Source: a virus
Virus record (IMG/VR): IMGVR_UViG_3300036832_000855
Span: 58,420 to 122,419 of that record
Strand: one strand, 5' to 3'
Length of the DNA stretch: 64,000 nucleotides
Both the position numbers and the translations under genes were made by a program. Positions 46,600 through 56,330 of this stretch are shown piece after piece. The notes beneath the pieces were generated by a model, which worked only from the letters and a program-made list of their open reading frames with translations, had not been told where the DNA came from and did not search any database. How positions within the stretch are numbered: position 1 is the stretch's first letter; each line of letters begins with the position of its first letter.

Positions 46600-47117
46600 T
46601 CAGCGCAATGTGCGCACGAGTGCGTACCAGCGGCGCGCCTGGTCCACCTTCCACATGATTGCGGGCCTCGTGTCGTGCATGCAGCTCAGGCAGATCCCCT
46701 CCAGCCAGAACTCCTTCGAGAACCGCCCGCAGGCCCGGCAGCGCGGCTGCGCGCGCACCCGCTCGATCTTCGCCAGGCGCCGGTCCTCGGCCTCGTCCTG
46801 CTCGGAGATGAACAGGCGCAGGGTCGCGGTCATCCGGCCTGCACCACCAGGAACCGGCGGAGCTGCTCCTCGACCCTGCCCGCCTCAATCCGCGCGTCGT
46901 CGGCCATGCCCTGGGCGAACTCCTGCAGCTCGGTAGAGAGCTGGAGCAGCATGCCGACCTCCTCGCGCAGCTTGGTGATCTCGGCCTGCAGCTCGGTCAG
47001 CTTGCGGGACGCTGCGGCGTACTGGCCCTCGGCGCGGAGCGCCCTATCCTCCAGGATCGCCAGCTCGTTGAGGGCCTCCTGCGACAGGCTGACGATGGTG
47101 TCGTCTGACAGCGGCAT
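46600..47117 (-). other. Two small CDSs (46600-46833 Zn-finger; 46830-47117 coiled coil)
   Basis: CRAC...CLSC; heptad pattern; leaderless TAGGTT -10. Confidence 0.55.
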
Positions 47118-47156
47118 CGGCGCAACCTAGCGTCAGCGCCGGACGTGAGCTACAGA

Positions 47157-47186
47157 GGGAGCCTCGCGCGCGAACGCGAGGCTCCC
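47157..47186. terminator. Hairpin, probable terminator
   Basis: GGGAGCCTCGCG-6nt-CGCGAGGCTCCC perfect 12-bp stem in an intergenic gap. Confidence 0.6.
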
Positions 47187-47246
47187 CCGAGGTCGGCGTC
47201 CTTGCCGGTTCGGCGATCCCTGCCTGGGTGGTGTCCGTACCGAGGC

Positions 47247-48650
47247 TTATTCGTCCAGGCCCAGCTCGGCGATCTGCTCGTCCGAGACCGGCGCGGCGTT
47301 CTCGACGTCGGTCTGGATGATCTCGCCGTGCGGGAAGCCAGGCGCGATCACGCGGTCCAGCCGCCCGAGCGTATGAGCGGCCTCTTCGGCCTGCTCGGTG
47401 TCCCGGACGTCTAGGTAGATCGACACGTCAACCTTGATGATCATGCGGCTCCTCGACGTCGGTCTGGCCGGACACGTGGTCGCCGCACCCGCAGTGGACG
47501 CCCGGGAAGAATTCCGGCTCGCCGTACGGGTCGATCACGTAGCTGCCGACCGGCGCGTGCAGCGTGACGCAGCACTTGCACTCGTTGAGGTGCCAGTGGG
47601 TGTTCTCGATGCCGTGCTCCTCGCGCAGAGCCGCGATGGTCAGCACCTGCGTGAAGCCGAGCGTGGTCCCGTTCGGCAGGGTGACTTGCATCTCACTCAT
47701 AGCTCGTCCAGTTGGTTGGCGGCCTTGCGCAGCAGGTTCGACGCTTTCGCGTGGTCGCCGGTCGCGATCAGCACGAACGCCTGCGCCATCAGGCTGAGTG
47801 TCCGGGTGACGATCAGCACCCTGTCGATGCGGATCTGTTCGGCGGTCTCGGGCATGTCACGTCCTCCAGGTCGAGGAGCCGTCTGGCCGGATGTACCAGG
47901 TGCGCTCCTCGCCGTCCATGAAGGCGATCGTGTCGGGCGTCAAGTTGGCGGCCTCCCACCCTCGCCGCGCGGCGAGCCGCACGTGGTAGGTGTCGCGAAT
48001 CTCCTCGGGCCGCAGGATCGAGAGTAGGTGGTCAAGCTCCTTGCGTTGCTTCTCGTTGATCTTGACCCCCGGGGCCGTCGCAATCATCAGGTCTCCTTCC
48101 GGCAGACCAGCGGGTGGTCCGGATCTCGCGTGAACTCGCCGTCCCGCAGGACGATGCGAATCCCTTTGTCGGTCTCCTCGGTGCGGTCGACGGTCCCCCG
48201 GTACAGGTAGTACGGGAAGATCTCGCCGTCGCGGATTATGAGGGTGCCGGGCGTGAGGTTGCGCGCCAGCACCACGTGAGTGGTCTCCTCGGTCATGCGT
48301 AACAGCTTAGCACACGTCATGCGCCCTTGCCCTTCGCCTCGCGGGCGGCCATCTTGCGCGCCACCACGAGGTTGCCCTCGCACTCCTTGATCGCCGCGCG
48401 GGTGAGCTTGATCGCCTGCTCGATCTTGTGGCGCTCCATCGTCGGCCCGTCCTTAGGGCAGGCGTCTCGCGCACGGCCGAGCTGCTCCAGGCTCTCGCGC
48501 ATGAACGGCAGCGCCACGGACCGCCAGGCGGCCGCCTGCTCGTAGCGGCTACTCACCCATCCGGTCCATGGCCGTGCCGACCAGGATCGCGAGCACGAGC
48601 ACCACGAGCACCCAGCCGACCACCACCGCGATTACGGTCGCCGCGCTCAT
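47247..48650 (-). other. Cassette of small hypothetical CDSs (47247-47444, 47428-47700, 47697-47855, 47857-48087, 48087-48296, 48317-48556, 48553-48650)
   Basis: Tightly packed or overlapping ORFs. Confidence 0.6.
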
Positions 48651-48660
48651 GACGCCGAGC

Positions 48661-48990
48661 CTACTCAAAGTCGGCGCGCAGCTTGGCGATGAACTCGTCG
48701 AAATCGGCGTGCAGCTCGATGCTCGGATCGGGCTCCAGCTCGTCGGGGTCCATCGTCTTGTTCAGCAACCGCAGCCGGACGCCGATCGAGTCCCAGCCGT
48801 AGCGCCACAGCCAGCCGACGCACAGCACCTCCCTGTCGGTCTTCGAGCCGTGGCAGGCCATCATTGGCGCCCCGAGCTGGTCGGACAGTGTCCGGTCAAG
48901 CTTCTCGGCCAGCTCCAGGTTGAAGCCGGGAATCACGTCCGCGTGCTGGTCGACGCGCCACGGGCAGCTCGGGCAAGGGTTGCGCTTCAC
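48661..48990 (-). CDS. DUF6283-like Cys-rich protein
   Basis: PCPSCPWR...MACH...LCVGWL. Confidence 0.7.
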   Translation of the reverse strand: MKRNPCPSCPWRVDQHADVIPGFNLELAEKLDRTLSDQLGAPMMACHGSKTDREVLCVGWLWRYGWDSIGVRLRLLNKTMDPDELEPDPSIELHADFDEFIAKLRADFE

Positions 48991-49577
48991 TCCTGCGGCT
49001 CCCGCTTCGGATAGGCCATCCCGTACCGGCCGACCCGCATGCCCGGTTGCTCGAACGGCGCCCGATGTCCGACTCGGTCCAGCGTCGGCGCACGACCGGC
49101 GACCGTGGCTCGACCTCGACCAATCGTCGCGAGTGCAAGCTGCGTCATCTCCTCCTCACTCATCGCGTCGAGCATCTCGCGACCGAGCCGCAGCAAGCGT
49201 TCCTCGGCGCCCGGCTTACCGCCGATACGGTCCGCTTCGAGGATCAGCTTCAGCCCCTCACGATCGTCGAGCAGGCCGCCCTCGGGACGGCATCCGTACG
49301 GGCACGGCATCCGCTCGATCAGTCCCCACAGGCGGCAGATCATCGGTCGGATGTCGTAGATCGAGCAGCGATGATCGTCGGTCAGCATCGAGCACAGCCC
49401 ATCGGCGCCCTTATTGCAGGTGAGCGGCTTACGGGCTCGCTCGATGATCCGCGCGCGCTCGCGGATACTCGTCTCGATCGGACCGCAGCTATCGAAGCAG
49501 TAGCCCTGACAGTCGAGCTTCGGAAGCGTGGCGTACAGCGCGTCCAGCTCCCGGTCCTGGCGCCGATGGTTAGGCAT
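48987..49577 (-). CDS. YkgJ/CxxCxxCC-family Fe-S or Zn cluster protein
   Basis: CQGYCFDSCG...CSML..HRCSIYDIRPMICRLWG. Confidence 0.8.
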   Translation of the reverse strand: MPNHRRQDRELDALYATLPKLDCQGYCFDSCGPIETSIRERARIIERARKPLTCNKGADGLCSMLTDDHRCSIYDIRPMICRLWGLIERMPCPYGCRPEGGLLDDREGLKLILEADRIGGKPGAEERLLRLGREMLDAMSEEEMTQLALATIGRGRATVAGRAPTLDRVGHRAPFEQPGMRVGRYGMAYPKREPQE

Positions 49578-50070
49578 TCGGGCCACCGTCGCGCCGCAGG
49601 ATCTCGGCCTGCGTCTCGCCCTCTGGCGAACAGGCCCACACGATGATCTCGACCCCGGCGTCACCCAGGCGGCGCTCGCTCGTGCGGTACACCAGCGGCG
49701 GGTCATACCGGACGTGCTTCGTCCCGCCCTCCGCCATCTCGTTCAGCCGGGGCAGCACAGAGTCGCGCCGCTTGGCCATCCGCTCCGCTAGCTCGGTGCC
49801 GGTTAGCCGCTGCCCGCTCAGCGCCAACAGCGTTTTGCCGCGCATCCGATCGAAGCGCAGCTTCGGGTTGACCGCCGCGTCCTTGGCCGTGTCGGGATCG
49901 GTCCGGCGCGCCATCGCATCGCCCGAGAAGTCGACCGCCTCGGCCTTGAAGATCGCGATGTCCTCGCCATAGCCGATGCCCTCAGCGACGCATGCCTGCG
50001 CCATCTGCTGCAGGTAGGCGAGCTTCTCCTCGCGGGTCGCGTTCTCGGCCGGGCGCCGGACGATCTGCAT
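49570..50070 (-). CDS. Putative winged-helix DNA-binding protein
   Basis: ARRTDPDTA..A; LTGTELAERM...PRLNEM. Confidence 0.6.
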   Translation of the reverse strand: MQIVRRPAENATREEKLAYLQQMAQACVAEGIGYGEDIAIFKAEAVDFSGDAMARRTDPDTAKDAAVNPKLRFDRMRGKTLLALSGQRLTGTELAERMAKRRDSVLPRLNEMAEGGTKHVRYDPPLVYRTSERRLGDAGVEIIVWACSPEGETQAEILRRDGGPNA

Positions 50071-51298
50071 TAGCGCAGGTCGTCGTAGCGTCCGCGCGGG
50101 AGCTGCCGTTTGGCGGCCTCGTGGACCACCTCCAGCATCTCCAGCACCTTCGCCGGGTCGCCCCGGAACTTGAAGTAGTAGCCAATGTCGGGCGTGCCGC
50201 CGATCGAGATCCGCATGATCTTGAACTGTGCGCCGTCGGGCATCGTCGTGAGATCGTCCGGCTCGCGGCTGAAGTTCAGGTTGAAGTACTCGGCGCCCTC
50301 GTATGGCCCTTGCGGGACGGTCGGCATCAGTCGGTCTCCCTCGCGGCCAGTAGCCGATTGTGCGTCTCCTCGCGGATCTTCACGACGGTCGCCGTGAAGC
50401 CCTCGCGCGTGGACTCGAACTCCTCGTACAGCGCGTCTCGCACGTCGAGCGCGGACAGGTGCCGGTCGCACTCGATCACCACAGCGAACCAGCCCTTGCA
50501 GGCGTCGTCAGCCATTTCTGCTCTCCTCGTGCCAGCGGTCAGCCGCCCACCGGCCTAGTCGAAAGAACGGGGCGGACAGGAAGTCACCTACCCAATCGGA
50601 CCAAAGCGCGAGGTGATCAAGCCACCACAGCCGCATGTTGGATCGCCCGAGTTTCACTTCGACGCTTTCCGCTTCGCCCGGCGCTTCGCCCGGCGCTTGC
50701 TCGCGGGCACCTTCGACCCGGGCTTGCGACCCTCGGTGACGCCCGTCTCCACGATGTCGGTGAACCGGATCGTGCCGCGCGCGTTGCCCTTATAGGCCTG
50801 ATTCTCCTCGCGCCAGTCCATCGGCTCATCCCGTCGGCCGGTAGCGTCGGCGCCTGCGCTGAAAGCCGCGGCGGGCGTTCGGGTTGACCGTCCGTGCTCC
50901 GATGTCGATCGCCTCGGCGATACTCGGGTCGGCCAGCGTGTAGCGGAGCACGCGCCAGCCAGCCGCCTTGGCCATCCGCACCGACTGCTCGTCCGTCAGG
51001 ATGACGCGGCTTGTGACGTAGCCCTCGTCCGCGATCAGCTCGCCGATCCACAGCGCTTCGCGCGGGGCCTCCATCAGACCGCCTCCGCGATCGCGATGAG
51101 CTGATTGTGGACAGTCGTGTCCAGCGTCTCCAGCATGCTGACGACGTTGTCGCCGGACTCGGCGACGGCGAGCAGACCACAGGCGATCGCGGTCGCGGCG
51201 TTGCGCAGGTCGGCGTCCTTGATCATCGCCGCGTGGTGGAGCGCCGCCATGCGCGGGTTGAAGCTCGGGCTCTCCTGATTGGTCGGGTCGTACTCCAT
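50070..51298 (-). other. Small hypothetical CDSs (50070-50327, 50327-50515, 50654-50821 basic, 50826-51074, 51074-51298)
   Basis: Chained ORFs downstream of the divergent promoter at about 51334-51357. Confidence 0.55.
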
Positions 51299-51333
51299 GT
51301 GCCCCCCTCGGTCGGTCGGGATTCGTTTGGGAC

Positions 51334-51357
51334 ATGGTAGCGCACATCGTGTACAGT
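51334..51357. promoter_or_regulatory. Divergent promoter with an operator variant
   Basis: ATGGTAGCGCACATCGTGTACAGT: TACCAT on the minus strand and TACAGT on the plus strand. Confidence 0.55.
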
Positions 51358-51361
51358 CACG

Positions 51362-51475
51362 CGGCCCACTACCGGAAGGAGAAGCACCACACGACCAACT
51401 GACGCGCGCGGCTGAATCACCAGGTAGGCCGGTGCGAGCGCGCGAGCTGGACAGTGCCAACAACCGTCAGGAGTC
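51362..51475 (+). promoter_or_regulatory. Structured 5' leader, partly c-di-AMP (ydaO) riboswitch-like
   Basis: GCTGAATC..AGGTAGG and CGAGCTGGACAG..CAAC segments; CTGACG/CGTCAG stem overlapping the AGGAG ribosome-binding site. Confidence 0.3.
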
Positions 51476-51478
51476 ACC

Positions 51479-52024
51479 TTGAAGCGATTGACCCTCACGG
51501 CCAGCCTCGCGCTGGCCGTTGCCGTTCCAGCGAGTGCCCAGGCGCAGTTATCGCACTCGCAGACCACCGCCTACGGAAAGGCGTACGCCCACGTCAGAGC
51601 CACATTCGGCGCTCGGGCAGCCGGGTGCAAGCTCATCGGGCCCGGCGCCTCGTGCAACGGGTCCGCGACCGACGCTCGGATCCTCGCGTCGACCGACGTG
51701 CTGCACCGAATGTTCGCGCCGAGGCCGGTGTACAGACCGGCCCCGACGCACTACTCCAGCACCCAGTACAGCTACCACGCAGCGAGCCCGAGCTACCACA
51801 GTTCTGGTTACGGCGGGGGTGGTTACAGCGATGTGCCGGGCGTGCCGCCCGGGTTCGCGTCCTGCGTAGCGCAGCGCGAGTCGACGAACGGCGCGGGCAG
51901 CTCGAACATCTACGGCATCCAGGGGCCGGGCGGGCAGGGCAGCCTCGCCGAGCAGAAGCAGGCGTTCAGCCAGATGTACGCCAGCCGCGGCTCGCAGCCG
52001 TGGTCGCCGTACGACGGATGCTGA
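51479..52024 (+). CDS. Secreted Rpf/transglycosylase-like protein
   Basis: Signal peptide; CVAQRES...NIYGIQ...SLAEQ...MYASRGSQPW...C lysozyme-like domain with catalytic Glu. Confidence 0.75.
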   Translation: MKRLTLTASLALAVAVPASAQAQLSHSQTTAYGKAYAHVRATFGARAAGCKLIGPGASCNGSATDARILASTDVLHRMFAPRPVYRPAPTHYSSTQYSYHAASPSYHSSGYGGGGYSDVPGVPPGFASCVAQRESTNGAGSSNIYGIQGPGGQGSLAEQKQAFSQMYASRGSQPWSPYDGC

Positions 52025-52025
52025 C

Positions 52026-52532
52026 GTGGCAGCTCTACTGGCGGCGGCCGTCGTGGCCGTCGCCCCCAGCCACGCGTGCCCGAAGACGTTCACCGGGCCG
52101 ATGATCCAGAGGGCCGTCAGCATGGCCTACCGCGGCACGAGGGACGTCCCAGCGGCCGACCGGGCCCACCTGAGGCGCTACCTGCGCTGCGCCCGCCCGA
52201 ACGTCTCCAGGGCGCGCATACGGGCCTACAGGACCCGTGTGATCGCGGCCTGGCGGCTGCGGCGCGACCCGCCGATGAACGGGCCGGTGACGGCGTCCTG
52301 GTACGGGCTGGGCGGGTCCGGCGCGTGCGGCGTCGACGTCCAGTCGGGCCTGCGGTTCGCGAGCCTGTTCCTGCCGTGCGGGGAGGTGATCCGGATGTGT
52401 CACGGCTCCGCTTGCGTTCAGGCAGAGATGGCCGACCGCGGGCCATACGTCGGCGGTCGGGCCTTCGATCTCAACGCCAACCTGCGCGACGCGCTTGGCT
52501 GCGGCGATCTGTGCGAGGTGACCTGGCGGTAG
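52026..52532 (+). CDS. RlpA-like (DPBB) lytic transglycosylase
   Basis: ASWYG...LPCG...DRGPYVGGRAFDL; signal-like N-terminus. Confidence 0.85.
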   Translation: MAALLAAAVVAVAPSHACPKTFTGPMIQRAVSMAYRGTRDVPAADRAHLRRYLRCARPNVSRARIRAYRTRVIAAWRLRRDPPMNGPVTASWYGLGGSGACGVDVQSGLRFASLFLPCGEVIRMCHGSACVQAEMADRGPYVGGRAFDLNANLRDALGCGDLCEVTWR

Positions 52533-52563
52533 CCATCGGACGGATTACATCCGATGGATCTTG

Positions 52564-52589
52564 GAGCGCCCGGTTTCGGCCGGGCGCTT
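52564..52589. terminator. Hairpin between convergent genes
   Basis: AGCGCCCGG-TTTCGG-CCGGGCGCT. Confidence 0.6.
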
Positions 52590-52593
52590 CTGC

Positions 52594-53078
52594 TCAGGCC
52601 GCGTCCTCCCAGCGGGCCCGCCCGACGGCGAGCGCCTCGGCGACAATCGCAGCGTGCTCGCGATGCTTGAGCATGTCGCCCCGGTGAATGTGCTCGACGT
52701 CGAGCACGGAGTACGTGTACATGTGCTGGTCGTCGAGGTCCGCATAGCCGACGTACTCGGCCGCTTCGTCGAGCGTGTCGAAGCTCGCGTGTGGCCGCGC
52801 GAACGGGTCGGCTCGCCCGGGGCCGGTGTAGCGGCGGTAGACGATGTGTCGTGCGTAGCGTTCCATCAGGTCCCTCCGTATCGGGCGTTCTCAGTCAGAG
52901 CCTTGGCCCCGGCCTCGGTCAGGAAATAGATCCCGGTCTGAGGATTGCGACCGAGGAGGCCCAGCTCCACGAGGTGGTCGCACTTTGCAATCACCTTGTC
53001 GCCCATCGGTCGGTACATGCCGAGGCCCGCCATATGCAGGGAGTCGATCTGGGACTGGGTGAGGGTGGTGGTGGTCAT
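52594..53078 (-). other. Two small hypothetical CDSs (52594-52866, 52866-53078)
   Basis: Downstream of the promoter at 53125-53153; AGGAGG ribosome-binding site. Confidence 0.6.
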
Positions 53079-53124
53079 CTGTCCTCCTGGACATTCGGTC
53101 GTGGGCCTCCTGCCCCGCAGCACC

Positions 53125-53153
53125 ATCATAGCACACATCGTGCGCTTACGCAA
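53125..53153 (-). promoter_or_regulatory. SigA-like promoter with operator
   Basis: TTGCGT-AAGCGCACGATGTGTGC(17)-TATGAT. Confidence 0.8.
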
Positions 53154-53232
53154 TGCCTCTGCGGTCGAGCGCCGATCCGGCCTTAGCGTCTGGGGCGGTC
53201 CGCCGCCAGCCCCGACTGGCGGCGGGCCACCC

Positions 53233-53391
53233 TCAGTACCAGTTTGCTCGTCCGCCAACCGGTCGTCCAGTGTGCCCGAGCGCCAGCAGGATCAGGCCCA
53301 CGACCAGCACGATGATGCCGATCGTGACCAGGATCGCGAGCTGCGGGACCAACAGGCCAACCAGCAGGAGGATCAGTCCGAGAATGATCAT
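53233..53391 (-). CDS. DUF6131-like small membrane protein
   Basis: MIILGLILLLVGLLVPQLAILVTIGIIVLVVGLILLALGHTGRPVGGRANWY; below the ORF-track cutoff. Confidence 0.75.
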   Translation of the reverse strand: MIILGLILLLVGLLVPQLAILVTIGIIVLVVGLILLALGHTGRPVGGRANWY

Positions 53392-53400
53392 GAACCGGTC

Positions 53401-53574
53401 CTACCCGGAAGGCGTGCGCCTGACCGCGTACGGCCGGATCATGTCCACGATCACCAGGACCATCGCCGCGATGATCAGGATCAGCGCGGCGGTCTTGGAG
53501 ACGTGCCCGAGCGTACGCAGCAGTGCCCACACGCCGAGCAGCAGGACTGCGAGGGGAGTGAGAAGAATCGTCAC
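53401..53574 (-). CDS. Small two-TM membrane protein
   Basis: VTILLTPLAVLLLGVWALL...ALILIIAAMVLVIVDM; below the ORF-track cutoff. Confidence 0.6.
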   Translation of the reverse strand: MTILLTPLAVLLLGVWALLRTLGHVSKTAALILIIAAMVLVIVDMIRPYAVRRTPSG

Positions 53575-53697
53575 GATCTTCTACTACCCCCAAGACGGGG
53601 GGCCGTCCCGAAGGACAACCCCCCTTATCACCGTTTGCGCTCGATGCGCTTGGTGTACTCGGCGGGGTCGGACCCGCTGAAGCTCTGAGACGGGAGC

Positions 53698-54402
53698 CTA
53701 CAGCGGCACCTCTGAGAATGGTGGGTTGGGCCCAACGAGAATCAGACGCGTGACCGTGGTCGCCTGGACCGCCCATGCCCTCGTGGTCGACCGGCGGCCT
53801 CGATCCTTGTTGAAGAGCTGCACGAAGTACAGCCCGCACGGCAGCCCGGCGACGTTCACCTTGACCGAGGCGTTCTTGCCCTTGCGCTCGATCACGGCGT
53901 TCTTCGTCTCGCGGCCACCGAGCGTGCCGACCACGACCAGCGTCCCGCTCTTGACGCCCTTCCACCGTTTGGTGTTGAGCGGCATGCTCACGGTCGCCGC
54001 CGTCGACATGCAGGTAGGACCAGACGTCCCAGCGGCCCCTGCGGCGCCAGGAGCGCCCGTCTGGCCGGTCGCGCCGGTCGCGCCGGTAGGTCCGGCAGGC
54101 CCCGCCGGTCCGGTCGCTCCAGCGGGCCCCTGCGGCCCCTGAGGGCCCGTCGGCCCGGGAGGTCCGGTCATGCCACCGCCGCTGCTGCTTGACGGCGGAC
54201 ACTTCCCGTTCACCGGCAACTTGTCGCGGCCATCCGGCAGGTGCTTGGTGAAGTGGGCACTGCCCAGCGGCACGTCCAGCAACACGAACTGGCCGTTGCC
54301 CGTGCCGTGGCAGATCTCGGCCTTCGGCTGATCGGCGCTCGCCGCCGCTGGCACAAGCAGGACTGTCGCCGTGACCGCGAACGCGGTCAAGGTTCTGTAC
54401 AT
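53698..54402 (-). CDS. Secreted collagen-like protein
   Basis: Signal peptide [10 protein letters not shown]..., ICHGTGNG domain, GxY tract. Confidence 0.75.
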   Translation of the reverse strand: MYRTLTAFAVTATVLLVPAAASADQPKAEICHGTGNGQFVLLDVPLGSAHFTKHLPDGRDKLPVNGKCPPSSSSGGGMTGPPGPTGPQGPQGPAGATGPAGPAGPTGATGATGQTGAPGAAGAAGTSGPTCMSTAATVSMPLNTKRWKGVKSGTLVVVGTLGGRETKNAVIERKGKNASVKVNVAGLPCGLYFVQLFNKDRGRRSTTRAWAVQATTVTRLILVGPNPPFSEVPL

Positions 54403-54477
54403 CCGTAACGCCCCTTTCGATTGGTCTCCTCGGTCTTGCCTCGCCGCCCGCGGCGGCAGCTCGTTATACCACATCGT

Positions 54478-55101
54478 GTGCTCAGGTCCAACACGATTGA
54501 GGCCGAGGCCACAACCGCCGCGAGACTTAGATCCCTGGAGCGCCTCTCCCCCGAACGTCGGGCGCTGGTTGAACGGCACATGCCGTTGGCGGAGAGGATC
54601 GCGCGATGGCGCTGCTGGTCCACCGAGTCGCTGGACGATGTGCAAGCCGACGCCTACTACGGGCTGGTGCGAGCCGGATACCGATACCGCCCGGAGCGCG
54701 GGCCGTTCTCAGCAATCGCTCGCGCCAGCATCGAAGGGCAGATCAGCCGGGAGCGCCAGGTCCGGCTCGGAGCGCGCAGGCAGTCGTGGGAGCGGCACGA
54801 ATGGGTCGCCCCAGTGTCGTTGGACGTGCTCGACGCGGCACGGCTCGGCGGCCCGCGCTCAGATGTCGATCGGGCGATGTTGCTAGGACTCCGTGAGGAG
54901 TACGAGCGCCTCGACGGGCGCGAGCGGACAGTGCTGTGGCTCCGGTTCTGGGAGGGCAAGACGCAGGACAAGGTCGCCGTCCGGATCGGCGTCAGTCAGA
55001 TGCACGTATCGCGGATCGAGCGGGCGGCGGTCGCCACTCTCGGACGAGCGCTGTGGCCCGAAGGATGGTCAGCGGCCGTTTCACGTCCTACACCCCGGTG
55101 A
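54478..55101 (+). CDS. RNA polymerase sigma-70 family factor (SigB/SigF-like)
   Basis: Region 2 [13 protein letters not shown]...[21 protein letters not shown]; region 4 [10 protein letters not shown]...[15 protein letters not shown]; start uncertain. Confidence 0.85.
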   Translation: MLRSNTIEAEATTAARLRSLERLSPERRALVERHMPLAERIARWRCWSTESLDDVQADAYYGLVRAGYRYRPERGPFSAIARASIEGQISRERQVRLGARRQSWERHEWVAPVSLDVLDAARLGGPRSDVDRAMLLGLREEYERLDGRERTVLWLRFWEGKTQDKVAVRIGVSQMHVSRIERAAVATLGRALWPEGWSAAVSRPTPR

Positions 55102-55107
55102 AACAGC

Positions 55108-55584
55108 TCAGAACGGGATGTCGTCGTCCGAGACCGGGACCGGCTCGGCGCTCGCGCCCACCGCGGCGGGAACCGGCGGCAGGCCGCTCGTGTCGGCCGG
55201 GATGTCCGAGTCGTAGCGCGACAGGTCGTCGCCACCGCCGCCACCCTTGCCTTCTCGGGGGGTCGCGATCGAATCGGCGATGACCTCGATCGCCTCGCGC
55301 TTGCCGTTGTCGCTCTCCCACTCGTGCCAGCTCAGGCGCCCGGCCACGACCATCGAGTCGCCCTTCTTCTGGTTGTTCGCCACCCAGGCGCCCATGCCGC
55401 CGAAGATCGTCACGTTGATGTAGTTCGGCTTGTCCTCCCACTCGCCGGTCGACTGGTTCTTGCGCCGCTCGTTGAACGCGATGCGGCACTTGGCCAGCTC
55501 CAGGCCACCGGGTGTCGTGCGCAGCTCGGGGTCACGCGTGTGATTGCCGGACAGGGTCACGGTGTTGATGTTGAAGCCAGGCAT
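55108..55584 (-). CDS. ssb: Single-stranded DNA-binding protein
   Basis: INTVTLSGN.TRDPELRTTP...KGD..VVAGRL; acidic C-terminal DDDIPF. Confidence 0.95.
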   Translation of the reverse strand: MPGFNINTVTLSGNHTRDPELRTTPGGLELAKCRIAFNERRKNQSTGEWEDKPNYINVTIFGGMGAWVANNQKKGDSMVVAGRLSWHEWESDNGKREAIEVIADSIATPREGKGGGGGDDLSRYDSDIPADTSGLPPVPAAVGASAEPVPVSDDDIPF

Positions 55585-55759
55585 TCGTCCTCCTCGGTCG
55601 TTGGGTCGGGCTCTACCTTGACATAGATCCCGTGATTGGTCCGCTTGCCGCACACGTGGCAGCGTTCCTCAGGCCAGCCAGAAACTCGCGGCGGGTCGAT
55701 GTCCATGCCGCCGTCGGGCCATCTGGTCCGCCAGCACGGCAGGCAGAGCGGGGCGAGGA

Positions 55760-56329
55760 TCAGCTCTCCTCGGTCGGGGCGAGATCGAACTCTGCTTGCT
55801 CGATCGCCACGCCGCTCGCGAGCTTGTCGACGCAGCGGGCGCAGCCGTAACGCTCGGTGCGCCGGGGCGCGCGAATCGCGTTCGTGCCGCCCTGGCCGCC
55901 GCGCGAGATCCGCTCATAGCCGGTCACGATCCGGTAGTCGCGCGCCGCGTCGATCGGCTCGCCACAGTGAACGCACGGCGGGCCGGTCAGCCGCGGCTCC
56001 TGCACCACCGGCGCGACCGCGGCGCGGGTCACCCGGACACCGGTCAGGCCCTCGCGCTTGAACGTGTCGCGAGCCTCGATCGCGGTCGGCGCCCGAATGG
56101 ACGCGACGACCTTGCCGTCGGCGTCCAGAAGGGTCCAGGCCGGGTCGGCGAGTTGGTCCGCGTAGCTCACGATGTGATTATCGCAGATCGGGCAGGAGCG
56201 GGATGGCCGGACGCGCTCATAGCACTTGGCGCAGATCTTGACCGGCGGCTCCGTGTGAGGCTGGTTCGCCAGGAAGCCGGACCACTCGCCGCAGCGTCCG
56301 CACTTGCCCGACCACCACGCCTCCGCCAC
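55760..56329 (-). CDS. Multi-Zn-finger protein
   Basis: CGRC, CAKC, CPIC, CVHC and CARC motifs. Confidence 0.6.
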   Translation of the reverse strand: MAEAWWSGKCGRCGEWSGFLANQPHTEPPVKICAKCYERVRPSRSCPICDNHIVSYADQLADPAWTLLDADGKVVASIRAPTAIEARDTFKREGLTGVRVTRAAVAPVVQEPRLTGPPCVHCGEPIDAARDYRIVTGYERISRGGQGGTNAIRAPRRTERYGCARCVDKLASGVAIEQAEFDLAPTEES

Positions 56330-56330
56330 A

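Noticed and set aside
53196-53228. Hairpin whose CCCCGACTGGC loop region resembles the one at 39671-39692
   Set aside because: Only two copies of a short GC-rich match; most simply a terminator and a coincidence.
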